NCBI GenBank assembly: GCA_965219995.1
Contig: CBDCOX010000002.1
Coordinates: 2,496,001 to 2,560,000, forward strand
Direction of reading: 5' to 3'
Length of the DNA stretch: 64,000 nucleotides
Source of the DNA: Candidatus Latescibacterota bacterium
GTDB taxonomy: Bacteria > Latescibacterota > UBA2968 > GCA-2709665
The translations under genes were made by a program, and so were the position numbers. Numbering within the stretch: position 1 is the stretch's first letter; each line of letters begins with the position of its first letter. Under the pieces are notes generated by a model that saw only the letters and a program-made list of their open reading frames with translations, did no database searches and had not been told where the DNA came from. Below, piece by piece: positions 1 through 9,862 of this stretch.

Positions 1-304
1 TGTCGTACAGCAACTCATTGCCCAGGCCGCCTGGACGGAACCGGATCTGCGTTTCTGGCACTATCGCGACAAGGACCGGGTGGAAGTAGATGTGGTCATG
101 ACCCGGGGTCGAAAGACATGGGGCGTTGAAGTCAAAGCCGCCCGTGGGATCAGCTCCGGAGACGGGAAAGGGCTTATTCGGCTCGCAGATCGTTGCGGCG
201 AGGATTTCGAGTGCGGCGTGCTGCTCTACGCCGGCCGCGATCGACTCCCGTTGGCCGGCGAGCGCATACTCGCCGTGCCGCTGAGCGAATTGTGGGAGCG
301 GTAG
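1..304 (+). CDS. AAA+ ATPase / DUF4143 protein, C-terminal part (5' end outside window)
   Basis: Frame open from base 2: ...LRFWHYRDKDRVEVDVV...GVEVKAA..., the typical DUF4143 C-terminus with a PD-(D/E)xK-like EVD/EVK motif. Confidence 0.85.
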   Translation, partial: VVQQLIAQAAWTEPDLRFWHYRDKDRVEVDVVMTRGRKTWGVEVKAARGISSGDGKGLIRLADRCGEDFECGVLLYAGRDRLPLAGERILAVPLSELWER

Positions 305-418
305 GGCCTGCCCGTCGGCGGTGTTGATCGACCTGGCGAACGGACTCGCGACTTGATTGCGGCGTTACAATTCTGTAAATTGTGTGGTTTCGTTCATTCG
401 ACAAAAAGGAGCTTTCCG

Positions 419-486
419 AACCGACAATCGGACGCTCCATTAACCGACAATTGGACGCACTATTAACCGACAAATGGACGATCACC
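419..486. repeat. Three tandem 23-bp direct repeats (AACCGACAAwyGGACG core)
   Basis: aaccgacaatcggacgctccatt / aaccgacaattggacgcactatt / aaccgacaaatggacgatcacc. Confidence 0.9.
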
Positions 487-598
487 GATTCTCATTCACT
501 CGCACGTTGCCACCCGTTGTCCGGTTAGCGCCGGTCCACGGCAGCAAGCCTCTATTCAGGCTGACAAGAAGCGGCCGCCGAAGTTGGGAGACAGCACG

Positions 599-835
599 AT
601 GTCTGAAGACAGCGCATGGAATGAAACGCTGGTAAAAAAAGAGGTGATCTACCACATTGAATTAGACGGGCGGCTCTTTCTGATCGAAAACGTCCCGGCG
701 CGAGTCAACGTCGAGACGGGCGAGAAGCACTTCTCACCGGAGACCGTCGAGCGGTTACAGCAAGTAGTGTGGGAACATTGCCGACCCGCTCGCACTATTG
801 GCACCGCGGTTTATGAGTATACCGCCATCGCCTGA
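599..835 (+). CDS. YgiT-type (MqsA-like) zinc-finger family small protein, probable antitoxin
   Basis: IENVPARVNVETGEKHFSPETVERLQ matches the YgiT-type pattern; GGGAG RBS upstream of ATG 599. Confidence 0.75.
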   Translation: MSEDSAWNETLVKKEVIYHIELDGRLFLIENVPARVNVETGEKHFSPETVERLQQVVWEHCRPARTIGTAVYEYTAIA

Positions 836-949
836 AGGGTCGGAGTGCAATACCGGGGTACAACGAGACTGGATCCGAGGCTGAATTGCCAGAGCTATCC
901 GAATGCATGGCTCACGGCGACACGCAAAAAGCCGCGCTCAGACACGATA

Positions 950-2491
950 ATGAACAAAACGAACCTCTCAAACCTGGCCGCCCTTGGCGAAGGCTATACC
1001 ATCGAGTTCAAACGCTCGGGCACTTCCGGGCTTGGGCGTGAGATATGCGCCTTTGCCAATGCCACCGGCGGCGTGATCCTGATTGGCGTGGCCGACGATG
1101 GGGTGGTCTGCGGCGTTGCTGACCACAACCGCTTGAAATCCCGGGTCCAGTCGATTGCCCGCAGCGCGGAGCCGCCCATCGCGGTGGAGATCGAAAGCGT
1201 GGATGGAGTCCTCTGTGTGACCGTGCCCGCGCAGCACAGCAAGCCCTACTCTTTCGGAGGAAAGTTCTACATCCGCGAAGGGGCGAGCAGTCAGCAAATG
1301 TCACGTGAAGAGATTCGGGAATTCTTTTACAAGGAAGGGCTGATCCATTTCGACGAAACCGCGTGCGAAAGGTTTTCATTGGAGAGAGACCTTGATGAAG
1401 AGAACTGGTCCGTGTTTCAGCGCCGCGCGAAAATACCCGAGGATATGGATCCGGAGATCGCGCTTCGCAACCTGCACCTGATGGATGAAGATGGCCGGAT
1501 GACGCACGCCGGGGCCTGGTTGCTGGCCACGGACATCCGGAAGTTCAATATCAGCGCGGACGTCGCATGTGCGCTCTTCATGGGAACTGACAAGGTGCGC
1601 ATTCTCGACAGGCGCGACTTCCACGGCGACGTCTATACGATGATTGAAGAGGTGATGGCCTGGATTCTCTCCAAAATCAACATCGAGTACATCATTAAGC
1701 ACGTAAAGCGGGAAGAACGGCCGGAACTGCCCGAAGAGGCCATTCGCGAGGCGGTCGTCAACGCATTGGCCCACCGAGACTACCGTTCGACGGCCAATGT
1801 ACAGATTTACCTGTTCAATGACCGGCTCGAAATCGTCAGCCCTGGCGGGTTGCCCGCCGGCATGACGGAAGCGGATCTCGGTATCAAGAGCATACCGCGC
1901 AATCCGCTGTTGTTCGGCATCCTGCACCGCATGGAGGCGGTCGAGAGGATCGGTTCAGGCATTCGGAGAATCCGAGACCTGTGCCGTGAACACGGAGTGG
2001 CTGAGCCGCTGATCGAAGTGGCCGATTCGTGGGTGACGACGACCTTCAGGCGGCCGGTGACCGAGTCCCCGCAGGTAGCTGATGACAGGTCTGCACCAGG
2101 TCAATACCAGGTCGGCACCAGGTCGGCACCAGGTCGGCACCAGGTCACCGCACAAGTTGACAGAAATCTGCAGGAAGACTCTAACACCCTTTCGGACAAT
2201 ATGTTACATGTGATCTCCGGCGGCCTCAAGGACCTGACCGCACAAGTCACCGCACAAGTCACCGCACAGGTTGTCTGGCACTGCAGGCGACCCCGTTTTG
2301 CGAATGAGATTATGGAGTTCCTTGAATTGAAACACCGGAAGACTTTTCGGGCAAACTACCTTAAGCCGCTAATGAAAGCGGGATGGCTGGAAATGACCAT
2401 TCCGGATAAACCGACCAGCAGCAAGCAGAAATACAGACTGACGGGCAAAGGACAGCAGCTTCTGGAGGAGTTGGGAGATGACGGTGGCTGA
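950..2491 (+). CDS. AlbA_2 (Schlafen-like) + RecG C-terminal/HATPase_c_4 ATP-binding protein with C-terminal Fic-like wHTH
   Basis: GEGYTIEFK...ICAFANATGGVILIGVADDG; AIREAVVNALAHRDY; SPGGLP; RNP; GSGIRRI; C-terminal TIPDKPTSSKQKYRLT. Confidence 0.88.
   Translation: MNKTNLSNLAALGEGYTIEFKRSGTSGLGREICAFANATGGVILIGVADDGVVCGVADHNRLKSRVQSIARSAEPPIAVEIESVDGVLCVTVPAQHSKPYSFGGKFYIREGASSQQMSREEIREFFYKEGLIHFDETACERFSLERDLDEENWSVFQRRAKIPEDMDPEIALRNLHLMDEDGRMTHAGAWLLATDIRKFNISADVACALFMGTDKVRILDRRDFHGDVYTMIEEVMAWILSKINIEYIIKHVKREERPELPEEAIREAVVNALAHRDYRSTANVQIYLFNDRLEIVSPGGLPAGMTEADLGIKSIPRNPLLFGILHRMEAVERIGSGIRRIRDLCREHGVAEPLIEVADSWVTTTFRRPVTESPQVADDRSAPGQYQVGTRSAPGRHQVTAQVDRNLQEDSNTLSDNMLHVISGGLKDLTAQVTAQVTAQVVWHCRRPRFANEIMEFLELKHRKTFRANYLKPLMKAGWLEMTIPDKPTSSKQKYRLTGKGQQLLEELGDDGG
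2086..2272 (+). repeat. Intragenic tandem repeats: six 11-bp units (CAGGTCGGCAC-like) and three 12-bp units (ACCGCACAAGTC)
   Basis: Read directly at 2086-2151 and 2237-2272; the 12-mers encode TAQV repeats. Confidence 0.9.
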
Positions 2492-2540
2492 CGACAGCGC
2501 ATGGAACGAGACGCTGCTTGCGTTTGGTAAGGCAATGAAT

Positions 2541-2628
2541 CCCCCCACCGCATCAGCCGTCGCCGGCCCTTCGACAAGCTCAGGGGACGGACTCGGCTTC
2601 TGCGACTCCCCCTCAAGGGGGGAGTGAT
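2541..2628. repeat. REP-like dispersed element family A, copy 1
   Basis: CCCCCACCGCATCAGCCGTCGCC...CTCGGCTTCTGCGACTCCCCCTCAAGGGGGGAGTGAT; recurs at 11414 and 55370. Confidence 0.9.
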
Positions 2629-2723
2629 TGCACAGAGAAACGGGATCGCCGGTTCATTTCAATCGATCGAATTGCGGTTGAACAATGCGAAGCCGCAATC
2701 ATTCCCACAACCGGATAAACAGT

Positions 2724-2975
2724 ATGAAGACAACGCGCTATTTTGAGGAGCAGGTGCTGCGCAAGCGCCCGTACATCAATCCTCACTGGTGCGCTGACGT
2801 CATCGCTTCCCCACTACGACGTGAAATACAGCAGGACGGTCGTATCCGTTTTTGGGGCCAGGTCTCCCGCCCCGGAGAAGAGGAACCGCGTATTCTGCGA
2901 GTCGTGACTTTGGAAGACGGTGAGACAATCCACAACGCTTTCTTTGATCGCGGCTTTCGAAAGGAAGGGCCATGA
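2724..2975 (+). CDS. Putative toxin of a type II TA pair (small RNase-like protein)
   Basis: 83 aa, DGRIRFWG...LRVVTLEDGETIHNAFFDR; ATGA overlap with the downstream DUF2283 gene. Confidence 0.7.
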   Translation: MKTTRYFEEQVLRKRPYINPHWCADVIASPLRREIQQDGRIRFWGQVSRPGEEEPRILRVVTLEDGETIHNAFFDRGFRKEGP

Positions 2976-3187
2976 AACTTCATTACTATCCCGAAACCGA
3001 TAGTCTGTACGTCGAGTTCAAATCCGGTCCGGGCACGGAAACGCGAGAGGTCGCTACCGGGCTGAATGTCGATCTCGACGCCAACGGAGACGTCGTAGGC
3101 TTCGACATCGACGCGGCTTCCAGGCGTCTTGACCTTTCCACGCTTGAAACGGAAGCGTTACCGGTACGCGCGTACAAGATGGGCTGA
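2972..3187 (+). CDS. DUF2283 family protein (putative antitoxin)
   Basis: MKLHYYPETDSLYVEF...VDLDANGDVVGFDI signature. Confidence 0.85.
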   Translation: MKLHYYPETDSLYVEFKSGPGTETREVATGLNVDLDANGDVVGFDIDAASRRLDLSTLETEALPVRAYKMG

Positions 3188-3230
3188 CGGCTGTACGACC
3201 ATCGCTGAATGCTTACCCATGGAGTCCTCT

Positions 3231-4643
3231 ATGAAATCTGTCTTTGACCTCCGTCCGTACGTCCTCATCCTGACGGGCGTTTTCCTGTGTCTGTCCGCCC
3301 TGCCCTGCGATGGGAATCCTGCAGACGGACCCCGATTGACGCTGGAGGCGTGTCTGAGGCAGGCCCTGGCCAACAACCGGCAGTTGGCGGCGGCCGGATT
3401 TGCCGCCGAAAAGGCGAACTGGGACCGCAGGAACGCGTGGTCGCAGTTCGCGCCGAGGGTGAGCTTCAACACGGAGGTGACGCGGATTGACGAACAGACG
3501 CTGGCGGAGCGGGACTTTTCCAGGTACTTTCCACCCGAGATCCCCGTACCGCAAGTGGCGTTCCGGACCTCGTACTATTCGTCGTTCCAGGCGCACCTCC
3601 CCATCTTCGACGCGGAGCTGATCAACGGCGTTGCCGTCGCGACCACCGGACAGGCCGCGGCCGAACGGACACGGGAGGCCATCCGCGATCGAATCCTCTA
3701 TCAGGTCACCTCCGGGTACCTGGAAGTGCTGAAACGCCGCGCGACGCTCGAACTTCAGCGGGAATTTCTCGTCCTGACCGGCCTGAACGTCGAAAAAGCC
3801 GAGAGGATGCACCTTGCGGGGAGATATTCGAAGCTGGACCTGCTTCGGTGGCAGGTGGAACACCAGCAGCAGAAGAGCAGCGTGGCCGCGGGAGAGTCTG
3901 CCTTGCGCGATGCAACGGTTCGCCTGCGCCGGCTGCTCAACCTTCGTGCGCTGGAGACGGACGCGCTGGCGGACGCCGTCCCGGAGGTTCTCAACGCGGA
4001 GGCCACCCGGCTGGCGAATCTGTCTGAAGGTGAGATCCGGCGGCTGGCGGGCGTGGAGAACCGGACGCTGGTTGAAGGGAACGCGGTGCTGGCAGCGGCG
4101 GAACGGGACCGGGAACGCAGCCGCCTGGTCTACCGGGGGCAGGTTACGAGCTACCTGCCCGACGTGTCTCTCAGCTATTCGACGGCCTGGCGCAGAAACG
4201 ATACGCCGGCGCTGGACGACTACAGACCTTCTACGGTCATGGTCAATCTGTCGGTTCCCCTGTTTACGGGATTCCGAAACCTCTCGCGTCTGAAGTCGGC
4301 ACAGTTCAGCTATCTGGCGCAGGATTCGCGCTTCTCCGATCTGGTGGACGAAACCCGGCAGTCGCTTGGCGAGACGGTCAACCGGATCGTCAATCTGAAG
4401 AATCAGCGCCAACTGATCTCGACCAGCCTTGCGTTCAACGAAAACAACTATCGGATCGTCTCCCGGGAAAAGACGCTGGGGCGGGCATCGAATCTGGACG
4501 TCATCGATGCGAAGCTGAACCTGCAGAACGCCCGGCTGCTGGAGATCACAACGCGATTCGACCTGGCCTCAGCGGCGGTCGAATTTCACTACCTGATGGG
4601 CAGCCTCGACGGTCTGGTCGAGGAAATGGTGGAGTCGGAATGA
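3231..4643 (+). CDS. TolC family outer-membrane efflux protein
   Basis: Signal peptide, LTLEACLRQALANN, LSVPLFTG, ASNLDVIDA; first gene of an RND operon; start set by GGAG RBS. Confidence 0.88.
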   Translation: MKSVFDLRPYVLILTGVFLCLSALPCDGNPADGPRLTLEACLRQALANNRQLAAAGFAAEKANWDRRNAWSQFAPRVSFNTEVTRIDEQTLAERDFSRYFPPEIPVPQVAFRTSYYSSFQAHLPIFDAELINGVAVATTGQAAAERTREAIRDRILYQVTSGYLEVLKRRATLELQREFLVLTGLNVEKAERMHLAGRYSKLDLLRWQVEHQQQKSSVAAGESALRDATVRLRRLLNLRALETDALADAVPEVLNAEATRLANLSEGEIRRLAGVENRTLVEGNAVLAAAERDRERSRLVYRGQVTSYLPDVSLSYSTAWRRNDTPALDDYRPSTVMVNLSVPLFTGFRNLSRLKSAQFSYLAQDSRFSDLVDETRQSLGETVNRIVNLKNQRQLISTSLAFNENNYRIVSREKTLGRASNLDVIDAKLNLQNARLLEITTRFDLASAAVEFHYLMGSLDGLVEEMVESE

Positions 4644-5749
4644 AACACAGGAATTCAGCACCCATTGCCGTGCTCGCGCTCTGCGCCTGCGTGCTGTCGT
4701 GCGGGCCGCGGGAGGACGCCGAAACGAGCGGGTCGGCCGAAGAGGGCGTGGATACGCTCCGGGCCGTCCCCGTCGACGCGAGGGTCGTGCGCCGCGAGAT
4801 CGTGGAGGAGGCGGTCGAAGTCGCGGGCGTCATTCTTCCGCACGGCGCGGTGGACGTGGTCGCCGAGACCGGAGGGCGGCTGACGGACGTCAGGGCCGAA
4901 GTCGGCGCGCGCGTCATGGCGGGGGACACCCTGGCCGTGATCGACGACCGCGTGGCCCGGAGCCGCCTCGAACACGCCGTCGCGCAGGTGTTATCCTCGG
5001 AGAACAACCTGAATATCGCGCGACTGAATTTCGAAAGCGACCGGCAGCTTCTGGATTCCGGGGACATCTCCAGGCTGGCGTTCGAGACGTCGCGGTTTGC
5101 CGTCAAGTCCGCGGAGGCCGAGTTGAAATCGAACCAGGCCGAATTGAGTCGCGCGCGCAAAGGGTTCGAAGACACCCGGCTGGTGAGCCCGATCGACGGA
5201 TGGGTATCCAGAAAGCACGTGGAGCCCGGAGCGATGATATCCACCGGCGCGACGGGTTATCGGGTCGTCGATCTGACAACCATGAAGATCACACTGGGAA
5301 TCCCCCAGTCGGCCATCGGCCGCATCCGGGCGGGCGGCCCGGTACGCATTACCGTCGCGGCGCTGGGTCACCGGGGGTTCGATGGTACCGTCCGCTACAT
5401 CTCCCCGCAGGCCGAAGAGGAGACCGGAGCGTTTCCCGTTGAAGTCCACGTGGCCAACACGTCCGACACGTCGATCCGCGGGGGTATGTCGGCCCGCTGT
5501 CGTGTGATGCTGGGCGGATCCAGTCCTCAGTTCGTCGTTCCCGGCAACACGGTTCTCGCGCGAAACGGAAGGGAGCACGTCTATCGGATCCGGAAGGGCA
5601 TCGCGCGGCTCACCGAGGTAACGACCCGCGAAACGTTCGGTTCCCGGGTTTCCGTGGAAGCCGGGCTCGCGGAGGGGGACACGATCGTCGTCGGGGGCAT
5701 GCTGCGTCTGGGTGTGGAAACCCCCGTTACGATTCGAGCCTTCCGATGA
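4640..5749 (+). CDS. RND efflux periplasmic adaptor (MFP) subunit, lipoprotein
   Basis: Lipobox VLSC, lipoyl half-motifs (ETGG...VGARVMAGD; SPIDG...VEPG), GLAEGDTIVVGG. Confidence 0.92.
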   Translation: MKHRNSAPIAVLALCACVLSCGPREDAETSGSAEEGVDTLRAVPVDARVVRREIVEEAVEVAGVILPHGAVDVVAETGGRLTDVRAEVGARVMAGDTLAVIDDRVARSRLEHAVAQVLSSENNLNIARLNFESDRQLLDSGDISRLAFETSRFAVKSAEAELKSNQAELSRARKGFEDTRLVSPIDGWVSRKHVEPGAMISTGATGYRVVDLTTMKITLGIPQSAIGRIRAGGPVRITVAALGHRGFDGTVRYISPQAEEETGAFPVEVHVANTSDTSIRGGMSARCRVMLGGSSPQFVVPGNTVLARNGREHVYRIRKGIARLTEVTTRETFGSRVSVEAGLAEGDTIVVGGMLRLGVETPVTIRAFR

Positions 5750-5794
5750 GTCGGACGGACGTCGCAAGGATCCGGCACATGAGGCATTCCTGAT

Positions 5795-8700
5795 ATGTCG
5801 ATCGCGAAATTCTCGGTTCGAAACCCGGTATTGGTGAACCTGGTCATGGTGGGCCTGCTCTGCTTCGGCGGCATCAGTCTCTTCAGCATGCCGCAGGAGA
5901 TGAACCCGCAGATCGACTTCAACTGGGTGATTGTCTCGATCCCGTACCCGGGCGCCAGCCCGGAAGAGGTGGAGAGCCTGATCGTCGTGCCCATCGAAGC
6001 GGAAATCCACGACCTCAACAAGATCGACGAGCTGCAGTCCACGGCAGACGCGGGCCTGGCCCTGTTCCTCGTCAAGTTCGAAGACATGTCGGAGTCCGAA
6101 TTCAGGGAGGTCTACACGGACCTCAAGGGGCGTATCGACCGGGTGGAGCTCCCGGATGCGGCAGAGGACCCCGAGGTGGACGACTTCGACAGCGGCGACT
6201 TCCTGCCCGTACTCACCGTCAACATGGCATTCACGATCCCGGAGGAAAACGCCCAGATTGTCGCCGACGATCTCGAGGATGACCTGAAGGACATATCGGG
6301 CGTCGCCAGGGTGCAGGTTGCGGGCCTCCCCGAACGGGAAATCTGGGTCGAAGTCGATCCCTCCCGGCTGGCTGCCCGCGGCCTGACGGTCCAGGACGTG
6401 GTCCGGGCGATGCAGGCGAGAAACCTGAACGTATCCGGCGGCACCCTCACCTACCGCGCGAAGGAGTACGCCATCCGGTCCCTGGCGGAATTCCGGAGCG
6501 TGGAGGAGATTCGCGAGACAATCGTCCGGACGGCTCCACGCGGCGAGACCGTCAGAGTCAGGGACGTCGCCAGGGTCCGGGACCGCCGCGAAGAACCCCA
6601 GGTCCTCTCCAGGCTGAACGGCAAGCCGTCCATCACATTCTCTCTGTCCAAGACAACCGACGCGAATACGAACGACATGATCCTGGCCGTCAAGGAGACG
6701 ATCCGCAGGTACGAGGAACGCGTACCGGACGGAATCAGCTTCACCTTTACGGACGACAACTCCGTCTACATCAACCGGGTGATCGCGGCGCTACGGAACA
6801 ACGCGCTCACGGGCATGGTGCTCATTTCACTCGTACTCTGGCTTTTCCTGGGCTCCTGGAACGCCTTTCTGGCGACGATCGGGATCCCCATCTCATTCTT
6901 CATCACCTTCATTCTGCTGGGCGTTTTCGGATATACCATAAACGGGAGCACGCTGTTCGCGATGGTGATGGTACTGGGCATCATCGTGGACGACGCCATC
7001 ATCGTGATCGAGAACTGCCACCGCTACCGGCTGCAGGGCCACAGCGCCGGCGAGGCCGCCATCCTGGGCGCGGGCGAAGTGACAACGCCGATCATCAGTT
7101 CCGTAGGCACCAACATTGCCGCGTTCCTGCCCTTGATCCTGTTGCCGGGCGTGATGGGGAAGTTCATGCGGATCATCCCGTTGACCTTCGCGCTCGCGCT
7201 GGCCGCTTCCCTGTTCGAGGCGTTCGTCCTTCTGCCTTCGCACTACGCCGAATGGACCCGGCGGTCCAACGCCCACAAGCGGGGCGAACAGCCGTTTTTC
7301 AGGAAACTCCGCAGAATCTACGGCCGAATGCTGGTGCGCACGCTGCGGCGGCGCTACTGGGTGATCGGCGCCCTGGTCGGCGTCCTCATCGGCGCCGTGA
7401 CGATCCTCGGCCGGCTTCCCATCGACATCTATGCCGACGATGAACTGGACGCGTTCAAGGTGCTCATCAAGTTCCCCGAAGGAACCAGCCTGCACGAGTC
7501 GGACCGCGTCACCCGCGCCTACGAGGCCGAGGCGCTCCGGCTTTCCGAAGCGGACGTGGAGGGCGTCGTCGTAAACGTGGGTCTCCTGCAGAGCAACAAC
7601 GAGTGGCTGACGCGGAAGAGCGTCTCACAGGTCCTCGTACAGCTAAAGCCCAAAGAAGAACGCGCGAGGATGTCTGAGGAACTGATGGATATGCTCCGGG
7701 AGCGCACGGAGCACATCGAGGGACCCGCTTCGGTCAGCTTCGAGCTGTTCGCCGGAGGGCCGCCCGAAGGCAAACCGATTTCCGTAAAGGTTCAGGGTCG
7801 TTATCTCGAGCAGATGAAGGAAGCCGCGCTTGTGCTTCAGGACTCGCTGCGCCGGATCCCGGGCACGCTGGAAGTGACCGACGACTTCCCGCCCGGCAAG
7901 GAGACGATCCGGATCGAAGTGGACGAAGTCAGAGCGGCGCTGTACGGTTTCTCGGCCAGGGAAGTGGCCCTGAACGTCCGGTACGCGTTCGACGGGGTCA
8001 AAGCCACGACGTTCAGAGATGGTGACGAAGAGGTCGACGTCATCGTACAGTACGACAGAGCAAACCGGTCGACCGTGGAAGACGTGCTGAACGTACAGGT
8101 GACGAACACAAGCGGGGTAACGGTCGCACTGCGTGACATGGTCTCCTTCTCAATCGGTCCGGGACGCACGAAGATCAAGCGCTTCGACCGGAATCGGACC
8201 ATCATCGTCACCGGCGAGATCGACGAAGCCGTATTGTCCCTGGATCAGATCAACAGCAGATTGCTCGAGATCTTTCCATCGATCGAAGCGCAGTATTCCG
8301 ACGTCAGCTTTCATATCGGCGGGGAGTTTACGGATTTCCTGGAAGCGTTCGATAACGTCGCGGCGCTGTTCGCCGTCAGCCTGATTCTGATGTTTCTGAT
8401 CCTGGGAACCCAGTTCAATTCCTACGCGCAACCGCTGGTGATCCTGACTTCCGTACCCTTCGCGATCATCGGCGCGCTGCTCGGTCTGTTGATTTCGGGC
8501 AATCCCTTCAGTCTGATTTCAATATTCGGCTTCGTGGCCCTGGCGGGAATCGTCGTCAACGACGCCATTGTGATGGTGGCTTTCATGAACAGACGGCGAC
8601 GTCCCGGCGGGTCCGTGACGAACGTCTGGCGGAGCATCGTGAACGCCGGTCGGTTGCGGCTGCGGCCGATCATCCTCACTTCGGTGACCACGATATCCGG

Positions 8701-8899
8701 CCTGATGCCGATGGCCATCGGCATCGGCGGAAAGTCCGCCCTCTGGTCGCCGCTGGCGAACGTCATCCTTTTCGGATTGCTCGTTTCCACCGTGCTTACG
8801 TTATTCGTGATACCCTGCTTCATGGCTGTCCTGGACGATATCAAACGCGTGCGGAAGAAGGCCCGGTTGCGGCTCTACGCGCCACCAGGTCCCGCATGA
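5795..8899 (+). CDS. RND efflux permease, AcrB/AcrD/AcrF family
   Basis: 1034 aa, YPGASPEEVE, GIIVDDAIIVIEN, GIVVNDAIV, RLRPIILTS. Confidence 0.95.
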   Translation: MSIAKFSVRNPVLVNLVMVGLLCFGGISLFSMPQEMNPQIDFNWVIVSIPYPGASPEEVESLIVVPIEAEIHDLNKIDELQSTADAGLALFLVKFEDMSESEFREVYTDLKGRIDRVELPDAAEDPEVDDFDSGDFLPVLTVNMAFTIPEENAQIVADDLEDDLKDISGVARVQVAGLPEREIWVEVDPSRLAARGLTVQDVVRAMQARNLNVSGGTLTYRAKEYAIRSLAEFRSVEEIRETIVRTAPRGETVRVRDVARVRDRREEPQVLSRLNGKPSITFSLSKTTDANTNDMILAVKETIRRYEERVPDGISFTFTDDNSVYINRVIAALRNNALTGMVLISLVLWLFLGSWNAFLATIGIPISFFITFILLGVFGYTINGSTLFAMVMVLGIIVDDAIIVIENCHRYRLQGHSAGEAAILGAGEVTTPIISSVGTNIAAFLPLILLPGVMGKFMRIIPLTFALALAASLFEAFVLLPSHYAEWTRRSNAHKRGEQPFFRKLRRIYGRMLVRTLRRRYWVIGALVGVLIGAVTILGRLPIDIYADDELDAFKVLIKFPEGTSLHESDRVTRAYEAEALRLSEADVEGVVVNVGLLQSNNEWLTRKSVSQVLVQLKPKEERARMSEELMDMLRERTEHIEGPASVSFELFAGGPPEGKPISVKVQGRYLEQMKEAALVLQDSLRRIPGTLEVTDDFPPGKETIRIEVDEVRAALYGFSAREVALNVRYAFDGVKATTFRDGDEEVDVIVQYDRANRSTVEDVLNVQVTNTSGVTVALRDMVSFSIGPGRTKIKRFDRNRTIIVTGEIDEAVLSLDQINSRLLEIFPSIEAQYSDVSFHIGGEFTDFLEAFDNVAALFAVSLILMFLILGTQFNSYAQPLVILTSVPFAIIGALLGLLISGNPFSLISIFGFVALAGIVVNDAIVMVAFMNRRRRPGGSVTNVWRSIVNAGRLRLRPIILTSVTTISGLMPMAIGIGGKSALWSPLANVILFGLLVSTVLTLFVIPCFMAVLDDIKRVRKKARLRLYAPPGPA

Positions 8900-8915
8900 C
8901 ACAAAGGAGACTGGA

Positions 8916-9800
8916 ATGGCACTGACCGACGCGGAATTGAGACAGTACGAGGAGCTTGGCGCCGTCACGATCGACAGCCCGTTCACGTCCGCGGAGCTCG
9001 ACCGGGCGGAAGCCGCGTGGGACCGGCTGACGGCGAGCGGCCGGCCGCCGTACGACGACCCCGACTATCTGGACGTCTTCCAGCATCCGTACTTCGAAGA
9101 CGTGGCAAGAAAACTGTTGCGGGCGGATGCCGCGCATCTCTGGTGGGGCGTGTCGCCCCACGGCCGTCAACCGGCCAAGGCGCCGTTCGGGAGCATCCGC
9201 GACCAGTGGGCAAGCGGATGCCACACGGATATCCAGGCCACGTGGGACGACTTCAAGGCGACGCCCCGCAGGATGCGCGCGGAGCTGTGGTTCTGGCTCA
9301 ACGACGTTCCGGAGCATCGGGGGGCGATGCGCATATTGCCCGGAAGCCACCGCCCCATTATGGAATACTGGAGCCGCGTCCTCACGCCGGAGCACAAGGC
9401 GATGCTGCCTCGCGTTCACGGGGTGCGTCCGAGTCCGGCCGAAGGCACGGGGTCCTATCCGGAGCATGTGCCCGACCTGACCGATGTGCCGTGGCTGGAT
9501 CAGGAGCCGGCGCCTATGGTGGCCCGACGAGGGCAGATGCTGATTCTATGCAGTTCCGGCCTGCACTCGGCGTGGCAGAACGAGGACTCCGTGCCTCGAA
9601 AGGCGATGCTTTCGGCATGGGTCGCCACGGGCGTTTCCTGCGGACTCCCGAAAGGCCAGCGGGACTCTCTGATGGAATTCTTTCCCCGTCTGCGGGAAAA
9701 ACTGCGCCCCGATCGGGCTCACATCGTTCCGGAAGACTTCGACTGGCTCTTCGAGAGCAACTACGAGCCGAAGTGGACCGAGACGTTTATCGGGACATAG
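8916..9800 (+). CDS. Phytanoyl-CoA dioxygenase (PhyH) family Fe(II)/2OG enzyme
   Basis: HTD...GAMRILPGSH...LHSA...PRK facial-triad pattern. Confidence 0.82.
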   Translation: MALTDAELRQYEELGAVTIDSPFTSAELDRAEAAWDRLTASGRPPYDDPDYLDVFQHPYFEDVARKLLRADAAHLWWGVSPHGRQPAKAPFGSIRDQWASGCHTDIQATWDDFKATPRRMRAELWFWLNDVPEHRGAMRILPGSHRPIMEYWSRVLTPEHKAMLPRVHGVRPSPAEGTGSYPEHVPDLTDVPWLDQEPAPMVARRGQMLILCSSGLHSAWQNEDSVPRKAMLSAWVATGVSCGLPKGQRDSLMEFFPRLREKLRPDRAHIVPEDFDWLFESNYEPKWTETFIGT

Positions 9801-9862
9801 CCCGGGTTGCGCAGTCTGACTTCTTACGCAGAACAAATGTAGAAACACGGGGAGGACGTGCG

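Noticed and set aside
419-486. Possible CRISPR array
   Set aside because: Repeats are contiguous with no unique spacers, only three units, and there are no cas genes in the window
1-3187. Integron cassette array explaining the run of small co-oriented accessory genes
   Set aside because: No attC-like RYYYAAC...GTTRRRY sites or integrase were recognised
9017-9862. 690-aa ORF 9017-11089 as one long protein
   Set aside because: The first 282 codons overlap the real 8916-9800 dioxygenase in another frame; a clear GGAGG RBS precedes ATG 9863
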